Shown: positions 43,304-53,228 of the stretch, in pieces
Layout of the letters: each line of letters opens with the position of its first letter
Position numbering within the stretch: position 1 is the stretch's first letter
Assembly: GCA_023131895.1 (NCBI GenBank)
Contig: JAGLYZ010000001.1
Span: 72,957 to 136,956, forward strand
Reading direction: 5' to 3'
Origin: Candidatus Parcubacteria bacterium
GTDB lineage: Bacteria; Patescibacteriota; Minisyncoccia; Minisyncoccales; JAGMDC01
Length of the DNA stretch: 64,000 nt
The notes under the pieces: model-generated
What the model was told of the DNA's origin: nothing
Seen by the model: only the letters and a program-made list of their open reading frames with translations
Database searches by the model: none
Program-made: the position numbers and the translations under genes

Positions 43304-43840
43304 ATGGAACAGATTCAATTATTTATTATTGATATTATTAAAACTTATAGTATAAGTGTTTTTTGGATTTTAGTTTTATTTTTTGGAGCTAGGGTTGTGC
43401 TGAAAAAAATAGTTAGAAAGATGATTAAATTGGTTGAAGATGAAAATTATGAAGATAAATCAGATTCAGAGAAAAGAGCTGAAACATTGGGAGGTATAAT
43501 TATTACCACTGGTAATGTTGTTATCTATATTGTAGTTCTTTTAATGGTTCTAAAGCTTTTTGGCGTGGATATTACTCCGATTTTAGCAGGAGTTGGAATT
43601 ATTGGATTGGCAGTTGGCTTCGGCGCGCAGTCATTAGTTAAAGATTTTGTTTCAGGCCTGTTTATTTTAATTGAAAACCAATATGGCATTGGAGATAAAG
43701 TAAAAATAGGAAGTTTTGAGGGACGAGTTAAAAAAATCACAATGCGCGCTACTGTTTTGCAAGATGATGAAGGCAAGACATTTCACATATCAAACGGTTT
43801 AATTAAGGATGTAGTGAATTTTTCTCAAAGTAAAAAATAG
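43304..43840 (+). CDS. Small-conductance mechanosensitive channel (MscS family, short form)
   Basis: GLAVGFGAQSLVKDFVSGLFILIENQYGIGDKVKIG. Confidence 0.85.
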   Translation: MEQIQLFIIDIIKTYSISVFWILVLFFGARVVLKKIVRKMIKLVEDENYEDKSDSEKRAETLGGIIITTGNVVIYIVVLLMVLKLFGVDITPILAGVGIIGLAVGFGAQSLVKDFVSGLFILIENQYGIGDKVKIGSFEGRVKKITMRATVLQDDEGKTFHISNGLIKDVVNFSQSKK

Positions 43841-43848
43841 TAAAATAC

Positions 43849-44463
43849 ATGAACAAACTCTATACTTTATTAATATTAATAATTTTAATTTCAGGAGGTT
43901 ATTTTTTATTTGCTCCAGATGCGGGAAAGGAAGAAGCTGCGCCTGAAGAAGATAATATCACAACCCAACCTGAGACAAATATGATTGCAATAATGCAAAC
44001 TAATCTTGGTGAGATTAAATTAGAGCTTTTCTTGCTTGATGCGCCGAAAACAGTTGAGAATTTTACTAAGCTTTCCAGAGATGGTTTTTATGACGGTGTA
44101 AAATTTCATCGCGTAATCAAAGGGTTTATGATTCAAAGCGGTGATCCTTTGAGCAAGGATAATTCTCTTAAAGACAGATGGGGGACAGGCGGGCCAGGAT
44201 ATGTTTTTACAGATGAGATTCATTCAAATAATCATAATATTATTGGAACGATTTCTATGGCTAATGCCGGATCAAATACCAATGGCAGCCAGTTTTTCAT
44301 AAATACTGATAATAATAATTTTCTTGATGCCAAACATACTGTTTTTGGTAAAGTTATAGAGGGGATTGATATTGTTGAAAAAATTGAAAATATTGCTACA
44401 GATGGCCGAGATCGTCCAATTGATGATGTGACGATTGAGAGCATTAAGATTGCAGATAATTAA
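43849..44463 (+). CDS. Cyclophilin-type peptidyl-prolyl cis-trans isomerase with N-terminal anchor
   Basis: FHRVIKGFMIQSGDP and ISMANAGSNTNGSQFFI. Confidence 0.92.
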   Translation: MNKLYTLLILIILISGGYFLFAPDAGKEEAAPEEDNITTQPETNMIAIMQTNLGEIKLELFLLDAPKTVENFTKLSRDGFYDGVKFHRVIKGFMIQSGDPLSKDNSLKDRWGTGGPGYVFTDEIHSNNHNIIGTISMANAGSNTNGSQFFINTDNNNFLDAKHTVFGKVIEGIDIVEKIENIATDGRDRPIDDVTIESIKIADN

Positions 44464-44474
44464 ATTTCTAATTT

Positions 44475-45614
44475 TTATCTTCTCCTTAGCTGTTTTTTAA
44501 TTCTTTTCATAGCTTCTCCAATGCCAATTATTACTTTTCTTTCCTTTACTTCGGCAATCAAAATCTTTCCGGAAAAAAACTCTACCAAAAGCGTTATATG
44601 AAAAAGAATTGTGCTTCCAACAGGATTCTTATTTTTTTTAAAATTTATTTTTATTTGCTTGACAGAAGATATTTTATTTATCTTTTGCCCGAATTGTTCA
44701 ATTAAGCTGTATATTTTTTCCATTTCATAATCAGTTGTCGTTTTCAAGGGTTTTCTAAAGATAATAGGAATTTCTCTTTTCGGCCTGAATCCTGCCATAG
44801 CTTTTAAAATAGTACGGATGGAAATTATTCCATAAGGGAAGTTATTTTTATCTACAATAACAATGCTGTTTTTTTCCGCCTCAATCATTCTTTCCAATGA
44901 TTTTTCAATGCCTAAGTGTTTTTTAATTGAAAGAACATTTCTTGTATAGAATTTTATTACAGGGACATCAAACCTGTTTGCTATTTCTTGGTCAAAAGAA
45001 TAATTTATAGGTTTTCCTTTTCTTGTAGATGCTCTTTGCTTTTCAGTCGGTTTCATAAACGCGCTTTCAATATCTTTTCTTGCTATAATGCCATCTAATT
45101 TGTTTTTATCATTGACTAAGACAACACGGGTAGTCGCTTTTTCACGAAGCAGTTTATAAATATCTCGGACATTTGAATTTATTTTAGCTGTTGTAGCTTT
45201 TTCTATTTTTATTTTTTCAGCTATTTGGCTGAAAATATCTGGTTTTTTTGATAATTTATTTATCATATTTTTAGCGCTTACAATTCCATTAATTTCATTC
45301 TTATCATCTGATACAGGAAGGGTGTAAATCCTGGTAGCAGCCATAAAATCAGCGATTTCATAAAAAGGGGTTGAGTTGTTTATACGAGGCGGAACAATAA
45401 TAAGAGATTTAACCTTAGTTGTGTAAGGATATCTTTTTTTAAATAGAGTATAGTATGGCGAAACTAATCCAAGAAATTTATTATTATAATCAAAAACAAA
45501 AACAGGCTCATGACTGCTTTGTATTATAGATAAAGCCGAACCAAGCGTTGTTTCTGGAGAACATTGAGCAATATTTCTCAAGGGAGTAACAAAAGAAAGC
45601 ATAGTGTTGTCCAT
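44475..45614 (-). CDS. Multi-CBS-domain protein with a C-terminal HPF/RaiA (S30AE)-like domain
   Basis: Repeated CBS-pair patterns. The C-terminal ~95 aa (PIIFRKPL...ILFHITLLVEF.SGKILIAEVKE...IGEAMKRIKKQLRRR) follow the ribosome hibernation factor N-domain pattern. The start is uncertain (45614 or 45602) because the longest ORF runs into a TATAAT box. Confidence 0.6.
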   Translation of the reverse strand: MDNTMLSFVTPLRNIAQCSPETTLGSALSIIQSSHEPVFVFDYNNKFLGLVSPYYTLFKKRYPYTTKVKSLIIVPPRINNSTPFYEIADFMAATRIYTLPVSDDKNEINGIVSAKNMINKLSKKPDIFSQIAEKIKIEKATTAKINSNVRDIYKLLREKATTRVVLVNDKNKLDGIIARKDIESAFMKPTEKQRASTRKGKPINYSFDQEIANRFDVPVIKFYTRNVLSIKKHLGIEKSLERMIEAEKNSIVIVDKNNFPYGIISIRTILKAMAGFRPKREIPIIFRKPLKTTTDYEMEKIYSLIEQFGQKINKISSVKQIKINFKKNKNPVGSTILFHITLLVEFFSGKILIAEVKERKVIIGIGEAMKRIKKQLRRR

Positions 45615-45736
45615 ATATTTATTATACCATAAAAACAATTTTTTAAAATGTGTTTTTGTCTTTTAGCAAAGACATTTTTTTGTTATAGCAAATCAGAAGT
45701 TTGGTATATCAGACTAAAGTTTGTTATAATAGCTGA

Positions 45737-46945
45737 ATGTTCTCATTAGTTGGAAAAATTAAAAATCAGTTTGCAGGTATTGAGCCAGTAGCGAAAAAGC
45801 TTTCTTTTTCTCATTTTCTGCTTATGTTTGGTTATAAGCTTTTTTCTCTTTATTTTCCGCTTTTTTTAGTTTGGAAAGGATTATCATTTGCGCAGGTTGG
45901 TTATACATATCTTTTTATATATCTTCCATTGGCTTTTTTCTCGCCAATAAGCGGTTTTCTTTGCTCTCGATTTAATGAAAAAGTTTTGATGATTATTGGT
46001 ATTTTTGGCTATTTTCTTTATTCTTTGGGAATGATTTTAAATGTTAATTTATTTTTCTTTTATCTCTTTCAGGTTCTTTTAGGCATTTCTGCTTCTTTAT
46101 TTTTTGTAAGCTCCAAAAGCTTATTTGTTTCTTTAACTAAAAAAGCCAATGAATCTTTTGCTTGGTTTTATTCAATGCCTATTTACGCAGAGGTATTGGC
46201 GCCGGCAATAGGAGCTTTTTTAATCTGGCAGTTTGGCTTTGTTGGTGTTTTTATTTTTAGCTTTGCTATTCACTTTTTTAATATTTTTTATTCTTCCAAA
46301 TCACTTAAGAAAATAAAAAATTTAAGTAGAGTTCAGCCGGAAAACATTGAAAAAATTAAAAATGATTATTCGTCAATATTTAAAAAAATTAAAGAAAAGG
46401 AAGTAGCGCTTCTTTTAGGACTGGTTTTTCTAACAATTATTCTAACTGGTTTTTACAGGGCATTTTTCGTTCTATATTTAAAAAATCAACTTTTCTGGTC
46501 TCAAAATAAAATTTTACTCTTTATTTCTCTAGTATCAATAGTATTCGTGGTTATTTCCTGGAAATTGATTAAAATTATCGGCGCTCAAAAAAGCAGAACC
46601 AATGTGCTTCAGGGAAGCATTATAAAATCATTAGTAACGATTGTTTTAGGAATTGGTTTTAAATTTTTAACCTTTAACTCGCTTTTTATTGTTAAAATTG
46701 TTGAAAGAATGAGTTATTTAATGATAAATTCCGGCAGAAGCGGTTATTTCGCAAGAAAGTTTAAAAAATTTCCTGAAGAAATTGGAGCCATTGATACGCT
46801 CTTTATTCCTTTAGGAGTGGCTGTTGGTTCTTTGCTAGGCGGTTTTTTGCTGAATTTCTTTTCTTTCGCAGTTATTTTCCAATGGTTTGGAATTTTTCTT
46901 TTAATTTGTACTATTCTTGTCTGGTTTTTAATAAGAAGAGAGTAA
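45737..46945 (+). CDS. MFS-type transporter
   Basis: About 12 TM segments in two 6-TM halves joined by a basic loop. Confidence 0.7.
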   Translation: MFSLVGKIKNQFAGIEPVAKKLSFSHFLLMFGYKLFSLYFPLFLVWKGLSFAQVGYTYLFIYLPLAFFSPISGFLCSRFNEKVLMIIGIFGYFLYSLGMILNVNLFFFYLFQVLLGISASLFFVSSKSLFVSLTKKANESFAWFYSMPIYAEVLAPAIGAFLIWQFGFVGVFIFSFAIHFFNIFYSSKSLKKIKNLSRVQPENIEKIKNDYSSIFKKIKEKEVALLLGLVFLTIILTGFYRAFFVLYLKNQLFWSQNKILLFISLVSIVFVVISWKLIKIIGAQKSRTNVLQGSIIKSLVTIVLGIGFKFLTFNSLFIVKIVERMSYLMINSGRSGYFARKFKKFPEEIGAIDTLFIPLGVAVGSLLGGFLLNFFSFAVIFQWFGIFLLICTILVWFLIRRE

Positions 46946-46949
46946 AAAT

Positions 46950-47708
46950 ATGAAAATTATTTCTTGGAATGTTAATGGAATAAGAGCAGCTTGCAAAAAA
47001 GGTTTTTTGAAATGGCTTAGAAATTCCAAAGCTGATATTGTTTGTCTTCAGGAAACCAAAGCATGGCCAGAGCAGTTAGAACCAAATTTACTAAAGCCAG
47101 ATGGCTATTATTCATACTTTAATTCAGCTTTAAAAAAAGGATATGCTGGGTTAGCTGTCTATACTAAAAGAAAACCTTTAAAAATAGAAACCAAGTCAGG
47201 TATAAAACGATTTGACCAAGAAGGGAGAATATTAAAACTTGAATATCCTGATTTTATTTTAGTCAATCTTTATTTGCCTCACGGCGGAAGGCAAAAAGAA
47301 AATATGGTTTATAAGCTGAAGAGCTATGATGAGCTTTTGAAATATTTTAAAAAAATTAATAAAAAGAAAGTAATACTTGTTGGAGATTTTAATGTTGCTC
47401 ATCAAGAGATTGATTTAGCCAGACCGAAGGACAATAAAAATAATACAATGTTCACCTTAGAAGAAAGAAAAAGAATTGATAAAATTACTGAACTCGGCTT
47501 TATAGACACTTTTAGAAAATTTAATAAAAAGCCGGGAAATTATACTTGGTGGCCATATTATAGAAATGCCAGGCAGAGGAATCTTGGCTGGAGAATAGAT
47601 TATATTTTCACTAGCAAGGCATTAACTTCCAAATTAAAGAAAGCATTTATCCTTAAAAATGTTAAAGGTTCAGACCATTGCCCTATAGGAATAGAAATTT
47701 TACGATGA
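46950..47708 (+). CDS. xth: Exodeoxyribonuclease III
   Basis: MKIISWNVNGIRA, CLQETK, GDFNVAH and GSDHCPI. Confidence 0.93.
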   Translation: MKIISWNVNGIRAACKKGFLKWLRNSKADIVCLQETKAWPEQLEPNLLKPDGYYSYFNSALKKGYAGLAVYTKRKPLKIETKSGIKRFDQEGRILKLEYPDFILVNLYLPHGGRQKENMVYKLKSYDELLKYFKKINKKKVILVGDFNVAHQEIDLARPKDNKNNTMFTLEERKRIDKITELGFIDTFRKFNKKPGNYTWWPYYRNARQRNLGWRIDYIFTSKALTSKLKKAFILKNVKGSDHCPIGIEILR

Positions 47709-48388
47709 AAACCATGAAAGAAATTTCTCTTATTACTGTTTATGATAATTACCAAGTTGAGCCGGAATTCAAAACAGGCTGGGGTTTTAGCTGCCTTGTC
47801 CGCCAAAGCCTTGGCGAAAGCGGATTTAATATTCTTTTTGACACTGGCGCTGACAGTCATACTTTATTCAGTAATATGGAAAAGCTAAAGATTGATCCCA
47901 AGAGCATTGATTTTGTTTTTATATCTCATATGCATGGAGACCATACCGGCGGATTGCAGGATTTATTGGAATTCAACAAAGGTTTAAAAGTATATACTCC
48001 TGATTTATTTTCAGAACCAACAAAAATATTTAAAAATGTATATTCCACGGGCTGGTTAGAGGATTGGGTTAAAGAACAATCTTTAATATTAAACACTGAA
48101 AAAGGATTAGTGATTATTACTGGCTGCGCTCATCCTGGAATTATTAATATTATTAAAAAAGTCAAAGACATGCTTAAAAGAGAGGTTTATTTGGTTTTAG
48201 GCGGTTTTCATTTGTCAGGAACCAGTGATTCTGAACTAAAGGAAATTATAGATGATTTTAAGAGGCTAGAAGTTCAAAAAACAGCACCCTGTCATTGTTC
48301 TGGGGATAGATGCCGGGAATTGTTCAAACAAGAATATAAAAATAACTTTATAGAAAACGGAGTAGGGAAAATAATTAATATACAATAA
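47705..48388 (+). CDS. MBL-fold metallo-hydrolase
   Basis: ISHMHGDHTGG (HxHxDH). ATGA overlap with xth. Confidence 0.8.
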   Translation: MKTMKEISLITVYDNYQVEPEFKTGWGFSCLVRQSLGESGFNILFDTGADSHTLFSNMEKLKIDPKSIDFVFISHMHGDHTGGLQDLLEFNKGLKVYTPDLFSEPTKIFKNVYSTGWLEDWVKEQSLILNTEKGLVIITGCAHPGIINIIKKVKDMLKREVYLVLGGFHLSGTSDSELKEIIDDFKRLEVQKTAPCHCSGDRCRELFKQEYKNNFIENGVGKIINIQ

Positions 48389-48517
48389 ATACAGAATGTT
48401 TAGAGGTTGAACTTCTAAACATTCTTTGCCCGAAGCGTCTTGCTCCTTGGGCTTTTGTTGTGATAGAATAATAAAAAGGTCGAAAAAATTTAAAATTTAA
48501 TTAAAAGTAAAAAAAAT

Positions 48518-49768
48518 ATGAAAAAGATAAAAATAGCATTAGGAGTAGTGGTTATGGGTGTTTTAGTCATTTCGGGAATAACCTTAGCTGCAGCAAACGG
48601 TCAGGTGGGGGAGCGAGTTTATGTTTTAACGGATAATCCAGTAGTAAAAACAATGTTAGGAGTTCATCACGAATTCCCTGGAGTGTTCTCTACCGAAGTT
48701 TCTCCTCAACTGAAAGTGCTAACTGCATTAGGACTGATAAAGACCGAACCAGTTCAGATATATGAAATCACTGGAAAACCTATTTGTGGCGATGGTAAAG
48801 CTCATCCTTCAGAACAATGCGGCGAGCCGAGCTTACCCGATTGTCCAGAAGGACAAATTTGTGAAAACTGTAAATGTGTAGAAGAAACTACAGCGCCAGA
48901 GAGAATTTGCTATCCAAGTGTTCAAAAACCTTGGGGTATTGAAAAAGTGAATGGTGGTTCTGGCGGGACAGATGTGACTGTTGCAGTCTTAGATACAGGA
49001 GTTTACAGAGACCATTTGGATTTAGATGTTAGCTTGTGCAAAAATGCTACAAGAGGAGGCCCAAAATTAAAAGACGGCTGTAATGATTTTCATGGTCATG
49101 GAACGCATACCTCTGGAACAGTAGCGGCTAATGGTGGCGATGATGGCAAGGGAATTTTCGGAGTTGCTCCAGATGTAAATCTATGGCATATAAAGGTTTG
49201 TGTGCCACACCCGATTTATGATGCAATATGTTATGGTGATGACATAGCTAAAGCAATTAGATATGTTGCTAACAAAGGAACAAATATAATTTCTATAAGC
49301 CTTAGTGGGGATACTCAGGATTCAGGGATTAAAGAAGCCATAGATTATGCAGTTGGTGAAAATGTTTTAGTAGTTGCAGCAGCAGGAAATGATGGTCCAG
49401 CTGATGGTTCAATAGATTACCCAGCGGCAAATGCTAAAGTAATAGCCGTTGGAGCAATTGATTCCGCAGAAGCAGTTCCAGACTGGTCATCTCGAGGAAT
49501 AAATGATGGCGATTATATCATAGAAAGAAAAGAAGTTGAGTTTGGTGCGCCAGGAGTGGCTGTAGAATCAACCTGGAAAAATGGCTGTTATAATACTATT
49601 GGTGGAACATCTATGGCAGCTCCTCATATTGCAGGACTGGCAGCAAAGTTGTGGTATACGGATGCAGCCACAACAAGAACAAAGTTGCAAGAACTGGCAA
49701 AACTGCATGATCTACATATAGAAAGCGATGACTCGGCAACCGGATTCGGGCTTCCAGTAGCTCCCTAA
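48518..49768 (+). CDS. Secreted subtilisin-like (S8) serine protease with an N-terminal Cys-rich module
   Basis: Catalytic triad contexts VAVLDTGV, HGHGTHTSGT and GGTSMAAPHIAG. Signal/anchor sequence. CGDGKAHPSEQCGE...CENCKC. Confidence 0.9.
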   Translation: MKKIKIALGVVVMGVLVISGITLAAANGQVGERVYVLTDNPVVKTMLGVHHEFPGVFSTEVSPQLKVLTALGLIKTEPVQIYEITGKPICGDGKAHPSEQCGEPSLPDCPEGQICENCKCVEETTAPERICYPSVQKPWGIEKVNGGSGGTDVTVAVLDTGVYRDHLDLDVSLCKNATRGGPKLKDGCNDFHGHGTHTSGTVAANGGDDGKGIFGVAPDVNLWHIKVCVPHPIYDAICYGDDIAKAIRYVANKGTNIISISLSGDTQDSGIKEAIDYAVGENVLVVAAAGNDGPADGSIDYPAANAKVIAVGAIDSAEAVPDWSSRGINDGDYIIERKEVEFGAPGVAVESTWKNGCYNTIGGTSMAAPHIAGLAAKLWYTDAATTRTKLQELAKLHDLHIESDDSATGFGLPVAP

Positions 49769-49860
49769 TTCACTTGCCAAATTAAAGAAAGACATTTTGA
49801 TTTAACAAAATCCCTTAATAAGGGATTTTGTTTTATTAGGGAATAAGATACAATAAAAAA

Positions 49861-50772
49861 ATGAAGAAAAAAACGATATTGATAATAATAATCTGTTTTA
49901 TTCTTTTTTCAGCAACAATAATTCTGTACCAACAAAACAAGTTGCTTGTCTCTGAGGATAAGGAGACTCAAGATACTGTGATAGTCAATGAGGATGAAAC
50001 AAACTGGCAATGGGCTAGTAAGCAAAAGAAATTATATGAGTTGGCTCCAACAGAGGTTGATTTACTTTTAAAAGAACTCTGGAAGCAATTTCCAGATAAA
50101 GACGAGCGGTTGAAAGCCATAGCTGTTTTGCGGATTGGCATGCCTTATCAAATTGGTTGTTTAGGGGAAGAATCAGGACGAGATAAGGACCCTATTTTTA
50201 GATTAGATAAAGCTGATTGCACGGTATTTGTTTTAACCACTGCTGCTTTGCTTCATTCCCAAGATTTGGAACAAGCAAGAGAAATGATGAAATTTCTAAA
50301 CTATGGGACAGACAAAGAAATAACTTTTGAAAATCGGCTTCATTTTACTACTGATCGTAATATGGTTTCGCATTATTTCTCTGATATTACTGAAGAAGTC
50401 GCTGGTTCTTCTAAAATAATTACCAGAAAAGTGATTTTAAATAAAGTAAAAACAGATGGCAAGCGCTGGATAAATATTGATTGGGAAAAAGAAATGATTA
50501 TAAAATATCTGCACAATGAATATATTACTAAAGAGCTTCTTATTGGTTTGCCTAAATCAGTTGGAATTGCCTTTGTTAAGGAAAAGTATTTTGAGACAGG
50601 GTTAGATGTAGTTCATGAAGGGCTTTTATTTAATGGAGAAATGCTTATCGCCTCAAGTTCAATAGAGAAAAAAGTTGTGGCAGAGGATTTTTATGATTAT
50701 TATTTCGGCGAAGATGGTTCTAGTCCTAAATTTGACGGCATTGTATTATTTGACTTGACCTTATTGCATTGA
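49861..50772 (+). CDS. Membrane-anchored protein, DUF1460 (amidase-like) family candidate
   Basis: GMPYQIGCLGEE...FRLDKADCTVFVLTTAALL resembles the DUF1460 pattern, recalled from memory. Confidence 0.4.
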   Translation: MKKKTILIIIICFILFSATIILYQQNKLLVSEDKETQDTVIVNEDETNWQWASKQKKLYELAPTEVDLLLKELWKQFPDKDERLKAIAVLRIGMPYQIGCLGEESGRDKDPIFRLDKADCTVFVLTTAALLHSQDLEQAREMMKFLNYGTDKEITFENRLHFTTDRNMVSHYFSDITEEVAGSSKIITRKVILNKVKTDGKRWINIDWEKEMIIKYLHNEYITKELLIGLPKSVGIAFVKEKYFETGLDVVHEGLLFNGEMLIASSSIEKKVVAEDFYDYYFGEDGSSPKFDGIVLFDLTLLH

Positions 50773-50789
50773 CAAGCTATATTTAAATA

Positions 50790-52352
50790 ATGGTAAAGAA
50801 GAAGAAAAACAAAAGAATTTTAAAGAAAAAGAAAAGGATTATAAAGATTATAAAGAAAAAACCAGTAAGAAAGCAAAAAGCTCTTAAAAAAACAAAAAAG
50901 AGAGTGATTAAGGTTAAACCTAAAAAAATAAAAAAGAAAAGACAAAAAAAGATTAAATCAGTAATTCCTGAAAATGCTTATCAGACCAAAATAAAAGTAA
51001 TTGGTATTGGAGGAGGAGGCGGCTCTATTATTTCAGAAATTGCTTCACAATTAAAAAAAGCAAGTTTTACAGCAGCAAATACAGATACTCAAGCGCTTAA
51101 AAGGATAAGCAAAAAATGCAGACGTTTTTCTTTTGGCAGAAGCTTGACAGGAGGTTTAGGATGCGGAATGAATCCTGATTTAGGAAGAAAAGCCGCGCAA
51201 CAGGCAGCAGATGACATAAAAAAGATTTTAGATGGAGCAGATCTTTGTATTTTAGTTTCATCTTTAGGAGGCGGAACTGGTTCTGGCGCTTCTCCTGTTT
51301 TTACTCAAGTTTCCCAAGAGCTTAAAAATATTACTTTTGGGATTTTTACTTTGCCTTTTAAATTTGAAGGCGAAAAGAAATTAAAAATTGCTTTAAATTC
51401 CTTAGAGAAAATGAAGCCGAATTTAAATGCTTTTACTGTGATTCCGAATGAAAAGATTTTTAAAATTATTGATAAAAAAACGCCTTTAAAACAATCTCTT
51501 TCTGCCTTAAACAAGATTTTAGAACAAGGATTAGAGGGTTTGATTGAGATGATTTTTTTGCCAGGCCTGATTAATATTGATTGGGCTGATTTAAAGGTAA
51601 TTTTAGAAGGCAGGGGCAAACTATGTTATTTAAACAGTGTTGAGGCCAGAAGCGATGAAGAGCCGGAAGAAATAGTAATGAGGCTTATCCAAAACCCTTT
51701 AAGCGAATATAATCCTGAAAAGGCAGATAAGATTTTATACAATATAACTTCTGATAAGGATTTGAAAATGGATACAGTCCAGCAAATCAGCAAAGCTATT
51801 ACTGGAATTAATAAGAGAGCGAAAATAATTTTTGGCATTTCCCAGCATCCTAATTATAAAAAGAAAATAAGAATAACTTTATTAGCCACTAGCGATGAAA
51901 AAAAAGAGCTAAAGATTAAAAAGAAACAAAACCAAAAAGTAAAAATAGTATCAGAACCGGAAGAAAAACCAGCCGCCTCTAAAAAGGCGCCCGCTTCACC
52001 TCGGCGAAGACGAGGCGAGAGCCTAGCCCCTCCGGGGAGGAAACCAGAAAAAAAACTAAAGAAAAAACAAAAGCCAAAAGTAGCTAAGATCATTTTAGAA
52101 AAACCAAAAGAAAAAATTTTCAAATTAAAGAAGAAAAAACCAAAAAAGAAAAAAGCAGTACAAAGAAAGGTTAAAAAAGCAAAGAAAAAGAAACCGCCTG
52201 CTAAAAGAAAGATAAAAAAACAGGAGAAAACGAGAAAAAATGCTTTGCAATTAAAAAGAGAAGCAGAGGAAGCTGAAAAAGAGCTCTTAGAGGAAGAAAA
52301 AAAATGGGACATCCCTGCTTTTCTTAGAAAAAACACAGGCAATAATCAATAG
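50790..52352 (+). CDS. ftsZ: Cell division GTPase FtsZ with a lysine-rich N-terminal extension and a long basic C-terminal linker
   Basis: KVIGIGGGGGS, LGGGTGSGASPV, and the C-terminal peptide WDIPAFLRK. There is no alternative start between 50790 and the GTPase core. Confidence 0.9.
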   Translation: MVKKKKNKRILKKKKRIIKIIKKKPVRKQKALKKTKKRVIKVKPKKIKKKRQKKIKSVIPENAYQTKIKVIGIGGGGGSIISEIASQLKKASFTAANTDTQALKRISKKCRRFSFGRSLTGGLGCGMNPDLGRKAAQQAADDIKKILDGADLCILVSSLGGGTGSGASPVFTQVSQELKNITFGIFTLPFKFEGEKKLKIALNSLEKMKPNLNAFTVIPNEKIFKIIDKKTPLKQSLSALNKILEQGLEGLIEMIFLPGLINIDWADLKVILEGRGKLCYLNSVEARSDEEPEEIVMRLIQNPLSEYNPEKADKILYNITSDKDLKMDTVQQISKAITGINKRAKIIFGISQHPNYKKKIRITLLATSDEKKELKIKKKQNQKVKIVSEPEEKPAASKKAPASPRRRRGESLAPPGRKPEKKLKKKQKPKVAKIILEKPKEKIFKLKKKKPKKKKAVQRKVKKAKKKKPPAKRKIKKQEKTRKNALQLKREAEEAEKELLEEEKKWDIPAFLRKNTGNNQ

Positions 52353-52358
52353 TAAAAA

Positions 52359-53228
52359 ATGATTAAAAAAGCTGTTATTCCAATTGCTGGTTTAGGAACA
52401 AGATTTCTGCCTTTATCTAAGGCCTCGCCTAAAGAGCTTTTGCCTTTAGTTGATAAACCAGTAATCCAATATATTATTGAAGAAGTTAAAAAGTCAGGTA
52501 TAAGTGATATTGTTTTTGTTATCAGGCCAAAAGGAAAAGAGGTTTTTAATTATTTCCAAAAATCTCCAAAGCTGGAAAAAATATTAAAAGAAAGAAAGAA
52601 AGAAAATTTTTTAGAAGAAGTTAAAAAGCTTACAGAGATTTCTAAAAACATTTCTTTTTCTTGGGTAGTCCAAAAAGAACCATTAGGCGATGGCCATGCT
52701 ATATTACAAGCAAAGAAATTATTAAACAAAGATCCTTTTACGGTTTTATTTCCCGATGATATTATTGATTCAAAAATACCATGTGTCGCCCAAATTGAAC
52801 AGGTTTTTAAAACCTGCCAAAAGCCTGTCATTGCTTTAAAAAAAATGCCTAAGGAAAAACTCCATCGTTACGGTGTAGTAAAAGTAGAAAAAATTGCTAA
52901 TCGCATTTACAAAATTAAAAAGATTGTTGAAAAACCAGGTCCAGATGAGGCACCTTCTGACTTAGTCGTAGTTGGAAGATATATTCATACCCCAGAAGTT
53001 CTTCAGTATTTAGAAAAAGCCAAACCTGGCAAGAAAGGTGAAATATATATGTCTGAAGTTTTAGAAACAATGATAAATGATGGGAAAATAATATATGGTT
53101 ATGAGTTTGAAGGTGAATGGTTAGAATGCGGAAATAAATTAGATTGGTTGAAATCAAATTTTTATCTTTCTTTAAAACATCCTCAGTTTGGTCCAGAATT
53201 AAAAAAATATATAAGAGAAATAGCGTAA
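52359..53228 (+). CDS. galU: UTP--glucose-1-phosphate uridylyltransferase
   Basis: AVIPIAGLGTRFLPLSKASPKELLP and VEKPGPDEAPSDLVVVGRY. Confidence 0.92.
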   Translation: MIKKAVIPIAGLGTRFLPLSKASPKELLPLVDKPVIQYIIEEVKKSGISDIVFVIRPKGKEVFNYFQKSPKLEKILKERKKENFLEEVKKLTEISKNISFSWVVQKEPLGDGHAILQAKKLLNKDPFTVLFPDDIIDSKIPCVAQIEQVFKTCQKPVIALKKMPKEKLHRYGVVKVEKIANRIYKIKKIVEKPGPDEAPSDLVVVGRYIHTPEVLQYLEKAKPGKKGEIYMSEVLETMINDGKIIYGYEFEGEWLECGNKLDWLKSNFYLSLKHPQFGPELKKYIREIA

